DNA from: Candidatus Electronema aureum
Lineage (GTDB): Bacteria; Desulfobacterota; Desulfobulbia; Desulfobulbales; Desulfobulbaceae
Reading direction: 5' to 3'
Assembly (NCBI GenBank): GCA_004284765.1
Contig: NQJD01000026.1
Span: 1-32,000, forward strand
DNA: 32,000 nt
Shown: piece after piece, positions 14,915 through 25,597 of the stretch
How the letters are laid out: the number at the start of each line of letters is the position of its first letter
Position numbering within the stretch: position 1 is the first letter of the stretch
Notes under the pieces: generated by a model
What the model saw: only the letters and a program-made list of their open reading frames with translations
Databases searched by the model: none
Told to the model about the DNA's origin: nothing
Program-made: the position numbers and the translations under genes

Positions 14915-15700
14915 TTAGTACAGCGGCCTCGTTCCTTCACAAAGAGGAAACTTGGCACACCCCCAGAACTTACTTCCTGCATTTCTACCTTTCCGCGCTT
15001 CCCGCACAATCATTTCTGCGCCACAGCGTGGACACAATTGGTATTTACTTTTCTTTTCAGTGGCAATTGCTTGTACATGTTTGACATGCAATCTGCGATT
15101 ATGAAAACTATTTTTCAGTTTCCTATTCTTGATCGTATTAATAGCCGCATCTACCTGTGCCGAACTGAGTAGCTTTTTTTTCTGCGCTTTGATAAATGAA
15201 ATAAATTCATCTCGAAGTACAACATTATCTGGCATTTCTGTCTCAAAGCAACAGTTCCCTGCAAAAACAATCAAGGAGAAAATGTACTTTTCATTGATAC
15301 CCAGCAGCTCATGAAAAGTTTTTGTGTGCTTGTAGTTCTGATGCAGCGGATTCTGAAAGCTATTGACGTATGCACCGATTTGCTGCGTCCAGCTCCGCTC
15401 CTGCCTGCCGCCAGAGATCATCCCTTGCATGTTTTTGGTTTCAATGACAAAAATACCATACGGAGAAACTACTACATGGTCAATCTGCGTAGTGCCGTTG
15501 GTCGTCGGCAGGAGCAAGTTACTAAAGGTATGATAAACCTTCCTGTTCAAGTGCCGTCGGATGGCTCTGTTGATTCGTAATTCGCCGACCATCCCCTTGA
15601 ACCGCCGCGATTTGAGCAACTTCACTATCGCGATAGCGGGCAGGAGCAGCCAGAAGACTTTAAGCAGTCCGACAACGAATTGCGCGAAATCAGCAAACAT
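14915..15700 (-). CDS. NERD-domain protein with an N-terminal TM helix and a C-terminal topoisomerase-type C4 zinc ribbon
   Basis: NERD blocks are FKGMVGELRINRAIRRHL..YHTFSNLLLP..TTQIDHVVVSPYGIFVIETKNMQGMISG..W. The C-terminus is CPRCGAEMIVREARKGRNAGSKFWGCAKFPLCEGT. I prefer ATG 15700 (MFADF..); the ORF-track start is 15766. Confidence 0.8.
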   Translation of the reverse strand: MFADFAQFVVGLLKVFWLLLPAIAIVKLLKSRRFKGMVGELRINRAIRRHLNRKVYHTFSNLLLPTTNGTTQIDHVVVSPYGIFVIETKNMQGMISGGRQERSWTQQIGAYVNSFQNPLHQNYKHTKTFHELLGINEKYIFSLIVFAGNCCFETEMPDNVVLRDEFISFIKAQKKKLLSSAQVDAAINTIKNRKLKNSFHNRRLHVKHVQAIATEKKSKYQLCPRCGAEMIVREARKGRNAGSKFWGCAKFPLCEGTRPLY

Positions 15701-15855
15701 GCGGCGGCTCCAGTTCGGTGGTAAGGAAAAAGCTACAGCCTTTTTCTTACCATTCAGGCCCAGCAAAGGGCAACCGAAATTTCTTGGTTGACGTAGCGGC
15801 CTGCCCTGAATACCATGCGGCTTTCTCGCGAAAACAAATACACGGAGGACATACT

Positions 15856-16530
15856 ATGACTACCCTGCCGCCCCCAGCACCTAAAAAGGGCTTTTCGTTG
15901 ACACAACGTATCGCCATAGCTCTCGGTGTGATGCTACTCACCGCAGCGGCTGCGGTTTTGCTGATTAAAATATGGCTTTTTCCCCAGCCGTTCAAGCCGA
16001 CAGCACTGAATCCGCAGGAACAGCAACAGTTAGCGCAAAAAATGGAGCAAATAGAAACAGTTTCAGTTTCGCCTCCGCCGCAGCATGATCTTGAAGACGG
16101 TCGCTTGAAGCCAGAACCTTATTCTGAGGAAGGAGCAAACCGGGAGATGGTGTTCAGCGAGCGGGAGATCAACAGTCTCTTGGCGACCAACACCAATCTT
16201 GCCGAGAAAATGGCTATTGACCTTAGCGAAAATTTGGTCAGCCTCCGTCTGCTCCTGCCTCTTGATCCTGATTTCCCGGTCATGGGCGGCAAAACCCTGC
16301 GGCTGCGGGCGGGTGTGGAGCTGGCCTACCGTGAGGGACGGCCTGTGCTGATTCTCAAAGGGGTCTCGCTGATGGGCGTTCCTTTGCCTAATGCTTGGAT
16401 AGGCGGGCTAAAAAATATTGACCTGATGCAAGAATTTGGCGGACAACCCGGTTTTTGGCAGAGTCTCGGTAACGGGCTGGAAAGCATTCAAGTGCGGGAG
16501 GGCGAGCTGCATCTCAAGCTGAGAGAATAG
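15856..16530 (+). CDS. Membrane-anchored hypothetical protein (single N-terminal TM helix, periplasmic/extracytoplasmic C-domain)
   Basis: ATG 15856 is preceded by GGAGGA at 15845-15850. The N-terminus is MTTLPPPAPKKGFSLTQRIAIALGVMLLTAAAAVLLIKIW. I recognise no family. The ORF-track start at 15718 overlaps the NERD gene and lacks an SD. Confidence 0.7.
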   Translation: MTTLPPPAPKKGFSLTQRIAIALGVMLLTAAAAVLLIKIWLFPQPFKPTALNPQEQQQLAQKMEQIETVSVSPPPQHDLEDGRLKPEPYSEEGANREMVFSEREINSLLATNTNLAEKMAIDLSENLVSLRLLLPLDPDFPVMGGKTLRLRAGVELAYREGRPVLILKGVSLMGVPLPNAWIGGLKNIDLMQEFGGQPGFWQSLGNGLESIQVREGELHLKLRE

Positions 16531-16549
16531 TCGCCCTCCCCTTGCTTGA

Positions 16550-17554
16550 TCACTGCGCGAGGCTCTTTTTGTTTCGTCCTTTCTGCCAGATCGCCACCAA
16601 CAAGGAACATGCGGCCAGCACAAGCGTAACTTGCTGAAAAATAGTGGCCTCAACCAACACCCAAGCTGTAGCCAAAAGCGGCAGCAAGGCTGCTCGCACC
16701 GTCAGTCGGATCAATCCGTGTTGGGCGATGAAGTCAGCAATCGGCGGTGAAGCCTGATAGTACCATGCAACAAAGGCCCGGCCTGGCGTGTTCGTCAGCA
16801 GGCGCAGATCACGAAATTTCCGCAAGAGGACTACCTGTGGCTCTAAAGCACTGCCGTAGGCGGCTGTGGCAATAAAGCAACCTCCCCCGCCGCTGTCACT
16901 GCTACTACTGGTGCTGGTGGTACTACTGCTGCCGATGCTGCTAATGCTCGTTTTTTTCATGCTCAGAATTTGCTCGGCAAAGCCTTGAGCAATAATTTGC
17001 GCACCTGTCCTTGTTGGATGTATGCCATCAGTGGTGATGTTCTTCCAATCGTTGATCACCCTACCGTAGGTATCAACCAAGACAACTTGGTTACTGGCTG
17101 CAACATTGACAATCGAGGGGTTGTAGTTTTCCGGTGCATAGTTCGATTGAGAATTCGGAGTGATGGTGGACATAATAGGCACTGCTCCGGCATTTTTGGC
17201 ATGTTGCGCCATATTCTGCAAGTTGAAGCTCGTGGCTGAAGGAGAAATGCCCTCTACCACATCGTTAGCTCCTTCCATAATCACTGCATACTTTGGTTTG
17301 TTTGCTGCAAGCACAGTATCAATACGTGAAATACCAGCTAAGGTATCTTCACCGCCAACGCCTGCATTAACCACGGTAAAAGAGGCTGAATCAAGCTTGG
17401 ACTTCAGATAAACTGGATAGCCTTCATTGACTGTTGGATATCCAGCAGTGATGGAATCACCAAAACAGAGCACCACATCGGCAGCTCGGCAGTCAGTCAT
17501 GCCAAAACAAAACAGTAGAATACCTGTGGCAATACACCAGCTTCTTTTCTTCAT
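16550..17554 (-). CDS. Secreted SGNH/GDSL hydrolase with a Ser/Thr-rich linker and a C-terminal [10 protein letters not shown]..-type membrane-anchor domain
   Basis: The signal peptide is [28 protein letters not shown] block I is [12 protein letters not shown], block [12 protein letters not shown], block [11 protein letters not shown], block V DGIHPT. The linker is [21 protein letters not shown]. The anchor region is [51 protein letters not shown] followed by hydrophobic helices. Confidence 0.85.
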   Translation of the reverse strand: MKKRSWCIATGILLFCFGMTDCRAADVVLCFGDSITAGYPTVNEGYPVYLKSKLDSASFTVVNAGVGGEDTLAGISRIDTVLAANKPKYAVIMEGANDVVEGISPSATSFNLQNMAQHAKNAGAVPIMSTITPNSQSNYAPENYNPSIVNVAASNQVVLVDTYGRVINDWKNITTDGIHPTRTGAQIIAQGFAEQILSMKKTSISSIGSSSTTSTSSSSDSGGGGCFIATAAYGSALEPQVVLLRKFRDLRLLTNTPGRAFVAWYYQASPPIADFIAQHGLIRLTVRAALLPLLATAWVLVEATIFQQVTLVLAACSLLVAIWQKGRNKKSLAQ

Positions 17555-18315
17555 TCTACTTTCTTTGCCCTCCCGTCTGCGCTTATTTCCTGTAACACAT
17601 ACGTGCTGGCTTGGGGGAGAAAGTCAGGAAGCACAGGTTTGGTGTTTTCCACTGTTTCTTCTTTTTTTTCCTCAGCTTCCCGCTCTGGCGACCAGCCGTT
17701 AGTCGTGTACGTGGAAACAAGGGTTGTATATTTTCCATCACGGAAACCCTGCCAACGAACTTCTATGTTACCTTGTTCATTCAGGGCTATTTTCGGCTTA
17801 ATATCGGGAGTTTCATTGGCCGCATTGATCAGCATTGGTTTTTGCCAAGCTGAGTTTACAAAGCGACTGTAATAAATTTCATCCTGTTCACCGTCATTAC
17901 CCGCCCAGACCAACCAAATAACTCCGTCATGAGCTGCCAAGGCTGAGGGAGTGATAGCCGAGCTGTGGTCTGTTGCCAACTTGATCGGTTCTGATGACCA
18001 TTTATTGCCATCCTGCCCAACTAAATATTCAATAGCAATGCCGTCTGGCTGCACTGCTGACCAGAAAATCCAATGTGTACCGTTCGGCGCAATAACAAAA
18101 TCTGGATGAAGGTTGTTGGCGTTGTTATTCGTCAACTTCTGCGGTGCCTCCCAAGCATCTCCCTTGCTTGAACTGTGGTAAATTTCGTAGCGCAGTCCAT
18201 CTGACTGCGACCAAACGATCTCTTTCTGTACGACATTCTCAGCACCTTGGCAGGGCGCAATAAGTAAGGCTGACAGTGTCAGCATCCCTAAGACAGCACG
18301 TTTTGGTAGCATCAA
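17551..18315 (-). CDS. Secreted repeat protein (sialidase/BNR- or propeller-like repeats), function unknown
   Basis: The signal peptide is [26 protein letters not shown] recurring [IV]W..W....DG pattern is present: [51 protein letters not shown]. There is an ATGA overlap with the downstream SGNH gene. Confidence 0.7.
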   Translation of the reverse strand: MMLPKRAVLGMLTLSALLIAPCQGAENVVQKEIVWSQSDGLRYEIYHSSSKGDAWEAPQKLTNNNANNLHPDFVIAPNGTHWIFWSAVQPDGIAIEYLVGQDGNKWSSEPIKLATDHSSAITPSALAAHDGVIWLVWAGNDGEQDEIYYSRFVNSAWQKPMLINAANETPDIKPKIALNEQGNIEVRWQGFRDGKYTTLVSTYTTNGWSPEREAEEKKEETVENTKPVLPDFLPQASTYVLQEISADGRAKKVE

Positions 18316-18370
18316 GATTCACTATGAAAAGATTTTAATCAACTAATCAACAGTCCTTGCGGCAAGGAAG

Positions 18371-19003
18371 CTATTTACCCTGCACCTTTGTGAGAGCCTC
18401 GGCAAAGCCCTCTGCAATCATCTTGGAGCCGGTATCATTGGGATGGATACCATCAAAAGTGATACTCCTCCAGCTTGAGGCCATCCTGCTGTAGGTGTTC
18501 ACCAGCGTGAAACGGCCTTTATACGCCATCTGAATGATGGAGGGATTGTAATTCTCCGGCACATAGCTTCGGCGGGCCGTGTTGGGAGTGATGGTGGACA
18601 TGATCGGTATGCCGCCCGCTCTTTTGACCTGTAGGGCCATATTGTTGAGATCATAGGTAGTCGTTGATGGTGATATCCCCTCCACCACATCATTAGCACC
18701 CTCCATGATCACCACGTACTTCGGCCTGTTCGCAGCAAGCACCTTCTTCATTCGCGCCACGCCGCGATAGGTATCCTCGCCGCCTAAACCGGCGTTAACG
18801 ACATTCAAGGAGGAGCTTTTCATGGATTGGAGATAAACTGGATAGCCAATTGCCTTGTATCCCGCAGTGATGGAATCGCCAAAGCAGACCACAGTTTCTT
18901 TCGAAGCTAGAGGCGGGGGTGGCGGTGGCGGCTCAGGAGGAAGGACAACTGGTTCAGTATGGTTGAGCAAGGTGAGCAAAATGCCTACAAGCTGTTTATT
19001 CAT
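18371..19003 (-). CDS. SGNH/GDSL hydrolase, paralog of 16550-17554, with a poly-proline N-terminal linker and no C-terminal anchor
   Basis: The N-terminus is MNKQLVGILLTLLNHTEPVVLPPEPPPPPPPLASKE. The SGNH blocks are [61 protein letters not shown]. They are collinear and highly similar to the other copy. I prefer ATG 19003 over the ORF-track start at 19078. Confidence 0.85.
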   Translation of the reverse strand: MNKQLVGILLTLLNHTEPVVLPPEPPPPPPPLASKETVVCFGDSITAGYKAIGYPVYLQSMKSSSLNVVNAGLGGEDTYRGVARMKKVLAANRPKYVVIMEGANDVVEGISPSTTTYDLNNMALQVKRAGGIPIMSTITPNTARRSYVPENYNPSIIQMAYKGRFTLVNTYSRMASSWRSITFDGIHPNDTGSKMIAEGFAEALTKVQGK

Positions 19004-19037
19004 AGCTATGTTCTCAGAAAATATGCAACGACTACTT

Positions 19038-21047
19038 CTACAAGACGACCTTACCGATTTCACAGAGACCGATAACAACGAAATTATACACAGAAAGGAG
19101 GAAAAGGAGAAGAACTAAGCTATGAAATACCGGTTTAATCACAATCCGAGAGCAATGATAATAGAGGATAGCAAACATCGGCAGCAGGGGAAGTGAATAG
19201 CGGCCTTGGGCTTGAAAGTCAACTGTCCAAGCGTGCCAGATCATGCCGCCGAGAAAGAACAGAGTGCAGCCTGTAGCAAGGCCCAGCAGTGTCAGGCCTG
19301 GTAGCCCGCCCCGCCATACAAGGGAGACCGCAAGCGTGAGGAGGAGCAGCAGACCGACAACTCGTACATAGTCGTAATAAGCGAAGGAGGCTGCATATTG
19401 GGTGAAGCCATAAACCCCAAAGGCAGAGCGGAACGACTTCTCACCCCAGCGGTCAAGCTCTATAAACTGTTTAAATGTTTTCCCTCTGTCCCGCATCTGG
19501 AGATAAAAATGCTTCTCGTTAAGCGGGGTGTTGGGTTTGTATATGGGCTGTGCGTATTGCTCGCGAGCAGCTAAGATCAGCTCGCTTTTCTTGAAATCAT
19601 TGATCCAAGCATCGGTGACTTTGACAACAGTAAAGAAGAGGCCACCGATGAGAACAATAGCTGTGAAGCGAGCAAGAGTTCTTTTGCTCCAGACAGGTGG
19701 TGCAACTCGTATTCGCCAGAGAAAATACAGGAAGAAGAACACATAGAGGAAGTAAAAGTTCTGCTTCTGAAACAAAAGCAGACCTAAGAGCAAGCCGAGC
19801 CAGAGAGATGCGAACCAGCCGTATTTTTTTAACTCATCCCTGAGCAAGGTGTTGAGGGTTGATCGCTCTGTAGCTAATTGATACGCAGCGAACAGACAAA
19901 GACAAACAGAGAGGGCCTCAGAATTGCAATAACTGAACACATACCATATCTGCGGAGAAATCAGCAGCGAGAGAAGGAAGAAACGAAAATCTGCCTTGCC
20001 AAAGGCATACAGCACTAAGACAAGAAAGAGCAACACATTGAACAGCCGCTGGGCGGAATACTGCTCAAGATGAAGCGGCTCGATGAAATGCAGATATTTC
20101 CCGACGATTAGATAATATATCTCACCTGAATGCAGGCGTGAAACCCCGTAAGCACTATACGTGTGGGTAATAGCCGGGTCGCCGACTCTCGGTGGGAGGA
20201 AGTGATCTTTGTAATACCCCGCTGATGCTATGTGCATGTTTTCATCAGGATGTGTGTTATATGCACTTAGAGTTGCCATGACCAAGATCAAGGCTAAGAC
20301 AAAAGTAGCCAGCACCGGAATGAAATTCAGCTGGTTGAAAAAGAGGCGGGTGAGAAGATAACAGCCAACCGCCAAGAACAAGATACCCAGCTCATGTTCG
20401 AATTCATCAAACCAAGGAACGTGTCTCTCCATCTTTGGCAGGGAAAGCTCTACCTGCGAATCACCTTTATGAACTGCCATACTGACACCGCCTTCTGGCA
20501 GCGGAGTCATGCTTTTAACTCCAGCTATCACTCGCAGACGAGTAGCAAAATCAGCAGGACTTTGTACCTGATACAGGGGAAAGCCGCTCTGCTGGAGTGT
20601 AATCAGCCGGATGGTGATAGTAGCCGCCTTGTTTTCACTGGGGTCTAAGCGCAAACGATCAAGATGGAAAACATTGGTGACACTGATAGCATAACGGGAC
20701 ACGCCGGGCTTGATCAGCAGTTGCGCTGATTTCCTTTCACTGTAGTTCCCGTGCTTATCGGGCCAAAAGACCTGAAGGATAGTGCGGGTATCAGTCTCCA
20801 GCTCCAATTCAACCAATGTCCTATTGAAGATAAAGAAGTAATAGCCTGCACTGAGAACGAAGAACAGCAGGAGAACAAAGAGCCAATACTTAGGCGGTGA
20901 TGCTTCATCATGAGACACTGCGACACCTGAGCCAACTCCGTGTAAAGGCGGCGCAGTTGAAAAACGGGGGAACAGATTAAGCAGCTGCATGAAAAGAGAC
21001 CGTGAATGAGATTGATGATTATGCGGAACGAAGGAAGGGCCGTTCAA
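19038..21047 (-). CDS. Large polytopic membrane protein, GT-C/DUF2142-like (putative glycosyltransferase or polymer-handling enzyme), with an extracytoplasmic N-terminal beta-module
   Basis: The ORF encodes 669 aa with more than 12 hydrophobic segments. A loop motif NTHPDENMHIASAGYY resembles the PDE..H / acidic first-loop motif of GT-C-fold enzymes. An alternative start is ATG 20990. The product assignment is weak. Confidence 0.6.
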   Translation of the reverse strand: MNGPSFVPHNHQSHSRSLFMQLLNLFPRFSTAPPLHGVGSGVAVSHDEASPPKYWLFVLLLFFVLSAGYYFFIFNRTLVELELETDTRTILQVFWPDKHGNYSERKSAQLLIKPGVSRYAISVTNVFHLDRLRLDPSENKAATITIRLITLQQSGFPLYQVQSPADFATRLRVIAGVKSMTPLPEGGVSMAVHKGDSQVELSLPKMERHVPWFDEFEHELGILFLAVGCYLLTRLFFNQLNFIPVLATFVLALILVMATLSAYNTHPDENMHIASAGYYKDHFLPPRVGDPAITHTYSAYGVSRLHSGEIYYLIVGKYLHFIEPLHLEQYSAQRLFNVLLFLVLVLYAFGKADFRFFLLSLLISPQIWYVFSYCNSEALSVCLCLFAAYQLATERSTLNTLLRDELKKYGWFASLWLGLLLGLLLFQKQNFYFLYVFFFLYFLWRIRVAPPVWSKRTLARFTAIVLIGGLFFTVVKVTDAWINDFKKSELILAAREQYAQPIYKPNTPLNEKHFYLQMRDRGKTFKQFIELDRWGEKSFRSAFGVYGFTQYAASFAYYDYVRVVGLLLLLTLAVSLVWRGGLPGLTLLGLATGCTLFFLGGMIWHAWTVDFQAQGRYSLPLLPMFAILYYHCSRIVIKPVFHSLVLLLFLLSVYNFVVIGLCEIGKVVL

Positions 21048-22632
21048 TCAGGGCATAGGTGAAGCAGGCGAAAAGATAACTCAGCAGCAGGGTGGAAACA
21101 AACAGCGGAAAGCCCGACAGATGGTTGATTCCACCGTAGTACGCTGCGCCTTTACGGATCAGCTCAAGCATCAGGGGATGAAAGAGATAGATGCTGAACG
21201 ACACCAAACTGAGCGCACGCAGCGGAAGGGAAGACAGTATTCGGGTGATTGCAGATGCAGGGCCAGCGGCCAGCACTGCCAAGATCAGCACAGCGGCAGC
21301 CGTACCAAACCAAGAGAAATACATTTGGGTGAATATCCGCGTGCCAGTACCCCAGAGGTGTTCCTCTGAACCAAGGAGAAAGAACAGTAGCAACGCAGTG
21401 CTGATGCCTGCTCCCCACGGTTCCATTTTCTTGTGCAGCTCTGGTTTATCTCTTCTCTGCCAAATGCCGTAGTAGAGCCACGAGGCAATAATTCCGGCAA
21501 GGAAGACTCCGAAGTAAGGTCGCAGCTTGATGTTATTCATGCCGTATAAGAAAAGAACGTTTACATCAAAATAGCGGTTACTCAGGAGCATTAGAGCAAG
21601 TAGTGCGGGGATAACTAACCAAGGACGTAGCTGGAAGAGCAGTAAGCTGACCAGCATCAAGAGGGGAGTGAGCAGGTAGAAGAACATCTCCTGTGGCACT
21701 ACCCAGAGATGCCCTGCGCCCTTGAGAAAGAGGAGATGAAGCAGTGCTTCATCAAAGCGAGCGGTAAAGAGATAGACTATGACAATATAGGTGTAATACA
21801 GCGGCAATATTCTACGCAGCCGACGAGCAAAGAAGTGCTGCCAGCTCGCTACAGACAGCGCTCTCTCTGGCTGCTGTACAAAGGGTTTAGCAAGGAGAAA
21901 GCCGCTCAAAGTCATGAAGATCCACACACCGCTGGCACCGAGTCCTTTGAACAGACCCCAAGTGTGATCCGCAATCACCATCAGCATCGCAAGCCCGCGT
22001 AGGCCGTCGAGTGCGTTAATGTTTTCGCCGATAGAAGGCTGCTTGCTGTACAGGTCAGAAAAAGGGACCAAACCGCTGATCTTTGTCTGCGAAAGGAGGC
22101 TGAAAGCCAACAGAGAAAAGAGCAGCGGCAGGCCCCACAGAAGAAGCGGATTGGGCTTGAGCAGCGACGTGTTGTAAGTAAGGTAGGAATCCTCACCACT
22201 TTGAATCTCAGCATATTCCTGCTGCGAGCGAACAGTCGCGTCTGCCGCCTGCGGGCTGAACAACCGTTGGATATCTTCCGGCCAGAGAACGCGTTCACCG
22301 GCATACGTGCCAGCCACAGTAAGCTTGTGTAACCGCACTGTGCCGGGCCTATCGCCCAAATCTATCCTAAGTTTTCTTGCGGGAGCGTTATGAAGATTGA
22401 TGCGCACGGTTTGCAGCTGATTCGGTTCGATCATACCAGAGAAAACTGAATGCTGCTCGCTAAATGCACCGCTGCTGGTGTAATAAACTTGGAAACGGTC
22501 GGGGTGATCAAGCTGCACGATCAGTTCAACAAAGTTCGCACCGAACAAAACAGTTTGACAGACAACAAACACCGCCGCAAATACCAACAACGCTGCGGCT
22601 GCGGCAAACAAATTCTTGCGGGTACGTCTCAT
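21019..22632 (-). CDS. Acyltransferase family 3 (OafA/WecH-like O-acyltransferase) with an N-terminal TM helix and an extracytoplasmic beta-module
   Basis: The AT3 signature is INALDGLRGLAMLMVIADHTWG..GVWIFMTLSGFLLAKPF, followed by about 9 further TM segments. The N-terminal 170 aa are non-AT3. Confidence 0.85.
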   Translation of the reverse strand: MRRTRKNLFAAAAALLVFAAVFVVCQTVLFGANFVELIVQLDHPDRFQVYYTSSGAFSEQHSVFSGMIEPNQLQTVRINLHNAPARKLRIDLGDRPGTVRLHKLTVAGTYAGERVLWPEDIQRLFSPQAADATVRSQQEYAEIQSGEDSYLTYNTSLLKPNPLLLWGLPLLFSLLAFSLLSQTKISGLVPFSDLYSKQPSIGENINALDGLRGLAMLMVIADHTWGLFKGLGASGVWIFMTLSGFLLAKPFVQQPERALSVASWQHFFARRLRRILPLYYTYIVIVYLFTARFDEALLHLLFLKGAGHLWVVPQEMFFYLLTPLLMLVSLLLFQLRPWLVIPALLALMLLSNRYFDVNVLFLYGMNNIKLRPYFGVFLAGIIASWLYYGIWQRRDKPELHKKMEPWGAGISTALLLFFLLGSEEHLWGTGTRIFTQMYFSWFGTAAAVLILAVLAAGPASAITRILSSLPLRALSLVSFSIYLFHPLMLELIRKGAAYYGGINHLSGFPLFVSTLLLSYLFACFTYALIERPFLRSA

Positions 22633-22872
22633 TTATCGCTTTCTGATGCGCTGATACAGACGGTGAAGTTTATCTTCAAAGGGTACGAGCAGCGGGAAGA
22701 TAAACCGGCCTAACGTGTGCGAGAGCAGCAGTACCAGCTGCCCTTTCTTGTCCGCGCCATAGCTGAGGTTACCCAGCGGGATGAGTTTGTTGCACAGGAG
22801 CGTGTGGATAATCCGCGTTATCTCACCCTCGCCTAAGTCATAGTCTTTGCCGGTAACGTAGTGTTCTTTCAT
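22633..22872 (-). CDS. Small hypothetical protein (79 aa from ATG 22872; the ORF is open up to 23088)
   Basis: The ORF abuts the AT3 start, with its stop at 22633-22635 and the AT3 ATG at 22630-22632. The upstream part of the 151-aa ORF is occupied by 23-bp (non-multiple-of-3) tandem repeats, so I prefer the shorter version. It has no recognisable SD and no recognisable family. Confidence 0.4.
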   Translation of the reverse strand: MKEHYVTGKDYDLGEGEITRIIHTLLCNKLIPLGNLSYGADKKGQLVLLLSHTLGRFIFPLLVPFEDKLHRLYQRIRKR

Positions 22873-22950
22873 GTCAAGTTCTGGGTCATGGTCTTCATGG
22901 GCAGCGGTTCTCTCCTGCGGCTCAATCTCAGCCCTCAGTGGGAGCGTTTC

Positions 22951-23042
22951 TGGTACCGTAATACCAGCGAGGTTGGTATTACGGTAGGAGCGAGGCTGGT
23001 ACCATGGTACCAGCGACGTTAGTACCATGGTACCAGAAATGC
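22951..23042. repeat. Four tandem 23-bp direct repeats, each internally palindromic (TGGTACC.T..TACCA), bracketed by an 18-bp inverted repeat (22940-22957 / 23029-23046)
   Basis: The units are:
- U1 tggtaccgtaataccagcgaggt (22951)
- U2 tggtattacggtaggagcgaggc (22974)
- U3 tggtaccatggtaccagcgacgt (22997)
- U4 tagtaccatggtaccagaaatgc (23020)
U1/U3 share 19/23 and U3/U4 share 18/23. The array contains a perfect 20-bp palindrome GCTGGTACCATGGTACCAGC at 22995-23014. Confidence 0.8.
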
Positions 23043-23256
23043 TCCCTTCTGCTTGTGAGATTATCTCATAAGCAGGTGTGGGTTGCAAGGGCGCAAGTGT
23101 TTCGATCAGTAAGCTGGGCTAATAGACTTCGTGCAGAAGCCGCAGAGTGCAGCGATGCAACAAACAGGGCGAACACAGGGGTTCGCTCCTACACCACGCT
23201 GGGCGGCATCTCTCGTAGGGGCAGTTCCCCGTACCTGCCCTGCTTCTGCAAGATGG

Positions 23257-25332
<2,076 letters not shown>

Positions 25333-25422
25333 TCAGCTCGGTGAATGAGGGACGTAGGCTGTCGCCGCTACTATATATGGAGTTTAAAAAGTTGTACAGA
25401 GGAATCAGCGAGACTGGCAGCC

Positions 25423-25445
25423 CTACCAGAACCACTTTAGCTCGG
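25423..25445. repeat. Left copy of a 23-bp imperfect direct repeat flanking the three-gene cassette
   Basis: CTACCAGAACCACTTTAGCTCGG here compares with CTACCAGTACCACTTCAGCTCGG at 28775-28797 (21/23 identical). A third partial copy TTCAGCTCGGTG lies at 25332-25343 and is 12/12 identical to 28788-28799. Confidence 0.75.
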
Positions 25446-25469
25446 CAAGTATCCAACGGATAAAATCTA

Positions 25470-25499
25470 TTGACAATCAGGTAGAGTATTTTGTATAGC
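25470..25499 (+). promoter_or_regulatory. Candidate sigma-70 promoter of the three-gene cassette
   Basis: TTGACA (25470-25475, perfect -35), an 18-nt spacer, then TATAGC (25494-25499). It lies about 100 nt upstream of the ATG at 25598, which has an AGGAGGA SD at 25580-25586. Confidence 0.55.
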
Positions 25500-25597
25500 C
25501 TTGGCTATTGATGCAACATCCCGCCAAGTTTCTTTGGCGAGTGAGAGGGTGCCGAATCTCGGTGAAAATCAGATTGTCAAGGAGGAAGCACATAGCT

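Noticed and set aside
15718-15855. N-terminal extensions proposed by the ORF track (15718 for the membrane protein, 8453 for rsmI, 12413 for groES, 19078 for the SGNH paralog, 25508 for cassette gene A)
   Set aside because: In each case an internal ATG has a clear SD and/or the canonical family N-terminus. The upstream extension overlaps neighbouring genes or promoter DNA.
22951-23042. Possible CRISPR array (short palindromic repeats)
   Set aside because: The repeats are directly contiguous with no spacers, there are only four units, and no cas genes are present. It is a tandem repeat, not a CRISPR array.
23150-23215. tRNA-like T-arm sequence (GGGGTTCGCTCC) and small hairpins downstream of the HAD-like gene
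   Set aside because: No acceptor or anticodon arms can be built around it. It is at most a weak 6-bp hairpin (GCGAAC/GTTCGC) that might be a poor terminator.
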